The notes below the pieces were generated by a model that saw only the letters and a program-made list of their open reading frames with translations, did no database searches and had not been told where the DNA came from. This document shows, piece after piece, positions 58,479 through 64,000 of a DNA stretch of 64,000 bases (position 1 is its first letter; each line of letters starts with the position of its first letter). Where the stretch lies: assembly GCA_030019365.1 (NCBI GenBank), contig JASEFA010000001.1:398953-462952 (forward strand), in the 5' to 3' direction. The DNA comes from Bacillota bacterium. Its GTDB lineage: Bacteria > Bacillota > Sulfobacillia > JACIYH01. A program made the translations under genes and the position numbers.

Positions 58479-60140
58479 ATGAGAGAGCGGTACAGCCGCA
58501 TCGTTCGTTTCTGGCGTGCGCATGTGTTCAGGTACCGTGCTATGTGGGGTCTCGCGCTCGCTCTACAGCTTTTGTTCTTCGCGATCAGCGGGGTCCTCCC
58601 CTTCTTCTTCAAACGGGTCATCGATGCCCTGACCGTGCTTGATGGGGGCCTCTTTGTCACCTGGATTGTCGTGTTCCTGGGCGCGGAGATTGCGCAGGTC
58701 TTGCTGCTCTACGGTCGCGGCTATGCCATGCGCCGCCTAGAGCTGAAGGTGGAACAGGACGTTCAGACCGCCATGTACAGGCGGTTCCACACCATGCCCT
58801 ACGAGCAGGCGCTCAAGACCAAGGTCGGGGAGGCGCTGCAGCGTCTCACGAGCGACGTGCCGCGCTGCTCTCCGCTCATCATCAAGAGCTTCTCCGAGCT
58901 CCTCGGGCACATCGTGCTCGTGCTGATCGTGCTGGCGCTCACGTTCGTGATGGCCCCGCTCCTGGCGGGGATTTCGCTGGCGTTCGTAGCTGTCTACACA
59001 GTGGGCTTCCGGATGTATGGGAAACGGGCTGCGGTAGTCGCCACCCGCAGGCAGGAGGTCGAGGCCCAGTACATCGCCGAGGCCGAGGAAGGCCTGGGGG
59101 CCCTGTACTCGGTGCGCGTGCAGGCTGGCCTCCGCGGGGTGATGCGCCGCTTCTCCCAGGCGCTTTCCGCCTACCTTCGGGAGGGTTTTGCCCTGTACAA
59201 GCTGAACCTCCTGTTCCAGGGCGGTTTCACCACCTCGATCACCGTCGCCTCGGAGGTGGCCATCCTCCTCACCGGGGCGTGGCTCATTTTCCGGGGAGAG
59301 AACACGGTGGGGACGCTAGTCGCCTTCAGCCAGTATATTAACTGGCTGTACGTGTTCGTCAACTTCATGTCCGGCTTCGCCGCGGAGATCGAGCCGGCGC
59401 TCGTGTCGTTGGAGCGGGTTCAGGAGGTGCTGGCCTGGACCGGTGACTGGACTGTCGAGGAGCCCATCGCCCCGACCGCACTCCCCGATCACCCGTACGC
59501 CATCGAGGTGCGGGGCCTCGATTTCGCGCTGGGTGATGTCCCCATCTTCCCAAGGTTGTCTCTGCAGATCGAGCGCGGAGTGACTACGGCCGTGGTCGGC
59601 CGAAGCGGCCTGGGCAAGAGCACGCTTCTGAACATCATCCTCGGCCTCTATCCCGTCCCGCCGGGCAAGGTGTTCCTCTTCGGCCGGGACGTGGCGACGA
59701 TGCCTCTTTCCGAACGCATGGGGTTCTTCGCGGTGGTGGAGCAAGAGCCGAGGTTTCTGAGCGGGGGTCTGGCCACGGAGCTCGCTTTTTCCCACATAGT
59801 AGCAGACCTTGCGGGCGTGGCGCAGAGCTTTGGGCTGGGCGAGTTTGTGGAGCGCCTTCTTTCGCGCGAGATCTCGTCAGCAAAGCTCTCCGAGCTTTCG
59901 GGCGGTGAACGCAAGCGGCTTGGCATCCTGCGGGGCCTTTTGCGCGAGGCTCCAGTGCTGCTGCTCGACGAGCCCACCGCGTTTCTCGACGAGGAAACGG
60001 CGAAACGGATCCTGGCCGGGATAAGCACGAACTACTCGGGGAGGACAATAGTGGTATTCTCCCACGATCCCCTGGTCCTGCGGTACTGCCAAGCGGTGGT
60101 GGACCTGGCGGCCACGCAGGAGCACGGGGCGAGTTCCTAG
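58479..60140 (+). CDS. ABC exporter with fused transmembrane and ATPase domains
   Basis: Six TMs, then Walker A GRSGLGKST, signature LSGGERKR, Walker B LLLDEPT, H-loop SHD; appears intact; lower GC than the core genome. Confidence 0.8.
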   Translation: MRERYSRIVRFWRAHVFRYRAMWGLALALQLLFFAISGVLPFFFKRVIDALTVLDGGLFVTWIVVFLGAEIAQVLLLYGRGYAMRRLELKVEQDVQTAMYRRFHTMPYEQALKTKVGEALQRLTSDVPRCSPLIIKSFSELLGHIVLVLIVLALTFVMAPLLAGISLAFVAVYTVGFRMYGKRAAVVATRRQEVEAQYIAEAEEGLGALYSVRVQAGLRGVMRRFSQALSAYLREGFALYKLNLLFQGGFTTSITVASEVAILLTGAWLIFRGENTVGTLVAFSQYINWLYVFVNFMSGFAAEIEPALVSLERVQEVLAWTGDWTVEEPIAPTALPDHPYAIEVRGLDFALGDVPIFPRLSLQIERGVTTAVVGRSGLGKSTLLNIILGLYPVPPGKVFLFGRDVATMPLSERMGFFAVVEQEPRFLSGGLATELAFSHIVADLAGVAQSFGLGEFVERLLSREISSAKLSELSGGERKRLGILRGLLREAPVLLLDEPTAFLDEETAKRILAGISTNYSGRTIVVFSHDPLVLRYCQAVVDLAATQEHGASS

Positions 60141-60225
60141 CCCAAGTTCACCCCTGAGGTTTCTGCGCAAGGGCGATACCTTATGTCATCATGTCGTTCC
60201 CGACCCGTATCTGGCAGGCACGCCG

Positions 60226-61251
60226 TCAACTTTCCGGCACTATCAGCCTTCCGTCACGTGTGCGGACGATCCGTTGCGCATGAGCAGCCACCTCTGGATC
60301 GTGGGTGACCACCACTATCGTAAGCTGGCATGGGTCAGCCACCCGTACAGGACCAGACCAATCCCCCCGCCCAGCCCCCCGCATACGGCAGCGACCAGCA
60401 CCTCTTCCGTGAGGAATACCCGTAGCACCACCCACCAGGACAAGATGCCCCCTGCGCCGGCGCAGGCTGTACCACGCGTACCCCAGGAAGGAGAATCCTG
60501 CCCGCCCAACCGGAGACGACGAGTACCGCGCCGCCGCCACCCCCTCCCACGGGGTTACCCTCCTCAGTTCGGCGAGCACCAGCAGACCTGCCGCCAGGGC
60601 AAGCACCACGGTCACAGGTCCGGCCAGCAGGGCCTTCCCAGGGGGTATCCTTAGACCCAAGGGGCGGCTCACGACCGGTGCAACCGGAAGCGAAACACCA
60701 GCCGCCACCATTCCCACAAGAAGCAGTTCCAGAAAATTCGCCACCGCCAGCCCAGGGCAAGGAGCAGGCTGAGTTCCTGCCGCCGCCTGTTGCAGGTTGA
60801 GCCTGCTCATGTGCAGAGCAAACGCCCCGGCCGCCAGCAGCATGACGGAAGAAAGCATTACGCTGTCACCCTGGACTCTCCTGCAGACGTCCAGGTGCAA
60901 TCCCTTCTGTACCCAGGGTTCTTCAATCCAGCCCACACCTTCCGCGTCGCCGTATCCGGGAAGGTACACGTTGACCCGCCGCGGCGATGAACCCGCCGTG
61001 ATGTCAACATGCAGGCCCGTCACCCGGGCAATCTCAGAGGCCACCACCTCCAGCCGCCTCTGCGTTTCCGGGCTGCGCTCGCGCGCCCCCTTCACCCGCA
61101 CGCGGACGGTGCTGATGCAATCGTCCCCTACCAACTGCCGGGCTGGTTCCAGCGTGGTGATGAGTACCGCCGGCAGTTGGAGGTACCCGGCGGGCTCCAG
61201 GGTGGGCTTGAGCCACCCTCTGGACGCTGAACCTCGCCCCGGCGCCGGCAC
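60226..61251 (-). pseudogene. degraded MacB/FtsX-type ABC transporter: FtsX permease fragment read through into the last ~30 codons of an ABC ATPase
   Basis: Periplasmic-domain and TM2-4 segments of an FtsX permease, then RGG-rich junk, then an ATPase C-terminus (TIVVVTHDPEVAAHAQRIVRTRDGRLIV); domain order is impossible for one protein; TM1 and the ATPase core are missing. Confidence 0.5.
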
Positions 61252-61638
61252 CGCCCTTGCCGCCGGCGGGAAGTAGGTCTCCGGGGGGACCGGGTTCAGA
61301 GAGGTCCCGCCGGGTGCTCCTGTGCACCCACGGGCTGCGCGATGCCGCCGAGATATGCTCCCGGTTCACGATCCTGGTGCGTTCTCTCACGCCGTCGGGT
61401 CACCGGCTCGAGGTAACCGCCCTCTTTCCCGAAAGCCTCCTCACCCTCGCCACCCTCCAAACGCGTCAACACCCGCTTCGACCACGGCATCCTGGGCTGG
61501 AGCATCGCCATCTCCTTTACTCTGGCCCTGCCTCACCCAGTACTGGTCGTTCCGCGGAAACATGGCCCAACCAGTCACCCACGTCCTCCGCCAACGAGTG
61601 ACGTGCCCTTCCCGCGCGCGGTGCGGGCCGCTTACGGG

Positions 61639-62145
61639 CTACCCAAGATCAAACTCGGACTCGTCATCACTCGCCCTTTCCATTTCGTGCAGGAACTCCA
61701 CGAAACTTCGGCCCTCCTGAGCCCACAATTCCCTGAGGCGGAAGGCCTTTTTCAGCACCAGTTCCACCCTGTCCGGTTCCAGGTCAACATCGTACGCATG
61801 ACGGAAGAAGTGGCGAAACGCTCTCAGCTCGTTCAGGCACCGAAACCCTTCATCCCCCACCAACGCCGGCCTCAGCCCCTTGACCGAAAGCCGCATCCTT
61901 TCCAGCAGACTCCTGTGCCACCCTCCGCTGTCAACCGCGTTCCCGAATACTTCAGCAACTGACTGAAACACTCTCTCGTACCCGGCGTAAAGCTGGTTCA
62001 GGTAAAACGCGGTTTCCACCACGCAACTGTAGTCCCCGGTAGCACGGTACCGCCGCCAGCTCTGGTCAATCCTTTCGTAGAGCCGGGCCTGCCTCCGGTT
62101 CGCGTCTTCTATTTGACTGATGAGAGTCAAGAGCTTCTCTCTCAT
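61639..62145 (-). CDS. hepT: HepT-like toxin (nucleotidyltransferase substrate-binding, HI0074 family)
   Basis: Start at MREKLLTLISQIEDANRR; Rx4HxY-like region (FRHFFRHAYD); paired with the upstream MNT gene. Confidence 0.6.
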   Translation of the reverse strand: MREKLLTLISQIEDANRRQARLYERIDQSWRRYRATGDYSCVVETAFYLNQLYAGYERVFQSVAEVFGNAVDSGGWHRSLLERMRLSVKGLRPALVGDEGFRCLNELRAFRHFFRHAYDVDLEPDRVELVLKKAFRLRELWAQEGRSFVEFLHEMERASDDESEFDLG

Positions 62146-62500
62146 AAACCACCACTCCCTCAGCCCGAACCTTTTCTGCGAAGGGAAGGCGGGCCAGATC
62201 CCGCACGTCGACCCCCCGCTCAAGCCGGCTATCCAGTTCCGCCCACAGGCCGAGCAGGTCTGTGAACGAAAGGTCTCCCTCTACGGCCAGATCGACGTCC
62301 GAATCAGCATGCCAGCGACCGGTCAACACGGAACCGTACAGGTAAATCCGATCGACGGAGAACCGCGGCGCTACTTCTGCTACGGCACTACTTAGACGGG
62401 CAATGATCTGCCGCCGTTCCAACTGCCTGCGCCGCTCGAGCGCCTGGCTCCTGCGCAAGAGAAGCCTGTACGCACGGGCCGCTTCCTCGGGCGAAAACAC
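62066..62500 (-). CDS. mntA: minimal nucleotidyltransferase (MntA-like antitoxin)
   Basis: GS...DxD motif (LYGSVLTGRWHADSDVDLAV); 144 aa; overlaps hepT by ~80 nt. Confidence 0.65.
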   Translation of the reverse strand: MFSPEEAARAYRLLLRRSQALERRRQLERRQIIARLSSAVAEVAPRFSVDRIYLYGSVLTGRWHADSDVDLAVEGDLSFTDLLGLWAELDSRLERGVDVRDLARLPFAEKVRAEGVVVYEREALDSHQSNRRREPEAGPALRKD

Positions 62501-62714
62501 CGTACCACCTCAGTTCCACACTAAGGATATCACAGGCTTCCTGCCACCGAAAGGTCCTCGGTCCAGTGCCGCGCGCGCAAGGCAGAACCCAACACACCCG
62601 GCATTACAGCGCAACGAGGCCGGTCTATCCTGACCCCAGGAAACATCACAAAGGCTGGCCGCGTTGGCGCGGGGCGTCACCTGTTCCGAACCTCCCGGCG
62701 GCACACGCTGTGGT

Positions 62715-63992
62715 TCATGGATGGGAAGAAGTTGGCTCCCGGGTATCGAGGTGGCGCCCGGCCAGGGCCACCGGCACGGTCGCTGCGCAGGTACTCGATC
62801 CCAGCACGATTACCAGGCCCACCGCCCGCAGCCAGGCCCGCACCCCCGCCCAGGACCCCGCTCCCATCATCCAAACCCCGACTGCCAGGACGGCGGCATA
62901 GCCGGCTTCCAGAAGAAGGCTCAGCAGGAACGCCCAGCCCGAGGTCCGCTGGCGCGGGTCCCGGGCGGTGAAGTTAGGGTAGAGGGCGCCGGCAGCCACG
63001 TTGAGCGAAGCCAGCCCCGGCGCGACGACGAGGACGAAGACGGCCATGAGCAGCACGGCCCGGATGCCGCCCCCCAGGACCAGGCCGAGCACGGGGGCCA
63101 GCACCAGCCCCGGGACGACCACCAGGGGCATGACACCCAGGACCTTCCCCCAGAGGATCTCCTCGCCGGCCACCGGCGTGCTGCGCAAGAGAGGCCAGCC
63201 CCTGCCCTCGCGACCCACTGCCCCCACGCCCAGGTACCCGGCCAGCCCCGCCAGCAGCAGGAAGGCCGCTCCCAGGCCGGCGTACAGCCCGCCAGTACCG
63301 GCAAGGAAGCCCGGGCTCCCACCCTTCATAACGGGGACCACTACGGCCACCCCCATCACCACCACCAGGTACAGGGCCTGGGCCCACTCCCGCATGTCGC
63401 GCGCGATGCTGCGCACTTCCTTGGCCGCGAGCGCCAGCACCGGCGATGGCAGGCCCGCGGCCGGCCGCGCGGCCCTGGTGGGGGCCACACCGGCCGCGGG
63501 CGCGTGACCGACGGCGCGGGCCGCACCCGTCCCGGCCGCCCCGTCAGCAGCCTCGGGCACGGCGACTGGCGCCGGGGCGACGCGTCGCTGTCGGGGGAGC
63601 CGCCGGCGACGCTGCCGGCGGCGCACCTCACCGCTGCCCGCCCACCCACCGTAGAACGCCTTCTGCACGAGCAGGAACGACAGGGCGAAGAAAACCAGGG
63701 AACAGGCGGCCGCCAGCCCAAACCAACCGGCGAAGGAATCGGCCGGTCCCCGCACGGCAGTACGGGCGGCCTGGGCCAGCCACCAGGCCGGGGAATACCC
63801 CGCACTGGCCAGGCCAAAGCGCCCCACCATCTGGGCCAGCTCCTGTGGGCTCATCCCGGCCGCATAGCGCGGGCCCAGCTGACCCAGGGCATAGAACGCC
63901 GCCGCCAGCAGCGAGCCCAGGGCGGCGCCCAGCTCCTTCACCCGGTAGGGCGGGATGAGGCGCATGGCCAGCAGGTTCAGGGAGGTGCCCAC
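62715..63992 (-). CDS. polytopic membrane protein, putative ABC-2 type exporter permease; may continue beyond the window
   Basis: More than 8 predicted TM segments and an Arg-rich loop (RRRQRRRRLPRQRR); GC returns to ~70%; start at the window edge is uncertain. Confidence 0.45.
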   Translation of the reverse strand: MGTSLNLLAMRLIPPYRVKELGAALGSLLAAAFYALGQLGPRYAAGMSPQELAQMVGRFGLASAGYSPAWWLAQAARTAVRGPADSFAGWFGLAAACSLVFFALSFLLVQKAFYGGWAGSGEVRRRQRRRRLPRQRRVAPAPVAVPEAADGAAGTGAARAVGHAPAAGVAPTRAARPAAGLPSPVLALAAKEVRSIARDMREWAQALYLVVVMGVAVVVPVMKGGSPGFLAGTGGLYAGLGAAFLLLAGLAGYLGVGAVGREGRGWPLLRSTPVAGEEILWGKVLGVMPLVVVPGLVLAPVLGLVLGGGIRAVLLMAVFVLVVAPGLASLNVAAGALYPNFTARDPRQRTSGWAFLLSLLLEAGYAAVLAVGVWMMGAGSWAGVRAWLRAVGLVIVLGSSTCAATVPVALAGRHLDTREPTSSHP

Positions 63993-64000
63993 CGCCGCGG

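Noticed and set aside
1-64000. tRNA, rRNA, CRISPR arrays, transposases
   Set aside because: No GGUUCGAnUCC T-arm with cloverleaf context, no rRNA signatures, no regularly spaced repeat arrays (only 2-3-copy tandem repeats), and no transposase or integrase domains beyond xerD were seen

Overview
High-GC (~70%) segment of a spore-forming Firmicute chromosome; Symbiobacterium or Thermaerobacter is a guess from GC content plus sporulation genes, not a search result. Almost all genes are on the minus strand, and the gene order tracks the Bacillus subtilis 'yq' region around spo0A in compressed form: spoVAC-spoVAD; dacF-[motAB]-spoIIAA-spoIIAB-sigF; deoB-xerD; ald; spoIIM; nudF; a four-subunit 2-oxoacid:ferredoxin oxidoreductase plus two tandem leucine-dehydrogenase paralogs; spo0A-spoIVB-recN-argR-nadK-dxs-[650 bp spacer]-ispA-xseB-xseA-folD; nfnAB-like; tsaD-like; nusB; DUF2273-amaP-asp23; accC with no accB; the complete spoIIIAH-to-AA operon; efp; pepP; then a translationally coupled operon lpd-lipM-[two radical-SAM proteins]-gcvPB-gcvPA-gcvH-gcvT behind a glycine riboswitch. 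From ~57.3 kb the composition drops to ~50-58% GC and the content turns accessory: a 5'-truncated radical-SAM/SPASM gene, an intact ABC exporter, a degraded FtsX/MacB-type ABC transporter, an MNT/HepT toxin-antitoxin pair, and an ABC-2 type permease that runs off the window. No rRNA, tRNA, CRISPR array or transposase was recognised. Several short tandem direct repeats and two promoter-like sites (sigma-A type for perR, sigma-H type with a 0A-like box for spo0A) are visible. Gene starts were refined by hand where a GTG start with a good Shine-Dalgarno agreed with the known N-terminus of the family; the many long high-GC antisense ORFs in the provided track are treated as artefacts. The most notable items are the two radical-SAM genes (likely a LipS1/LipS2-type two-component lipoyl synthase) inside a self-contained glycine-cleavage/lipoylation operon, the decayed RiPP-like island next to it, a 650-bp non-coding spacer inside the ispA-dxs operon, and an orphan motAB pair inside the dacF-spoIIA sporulation locus.
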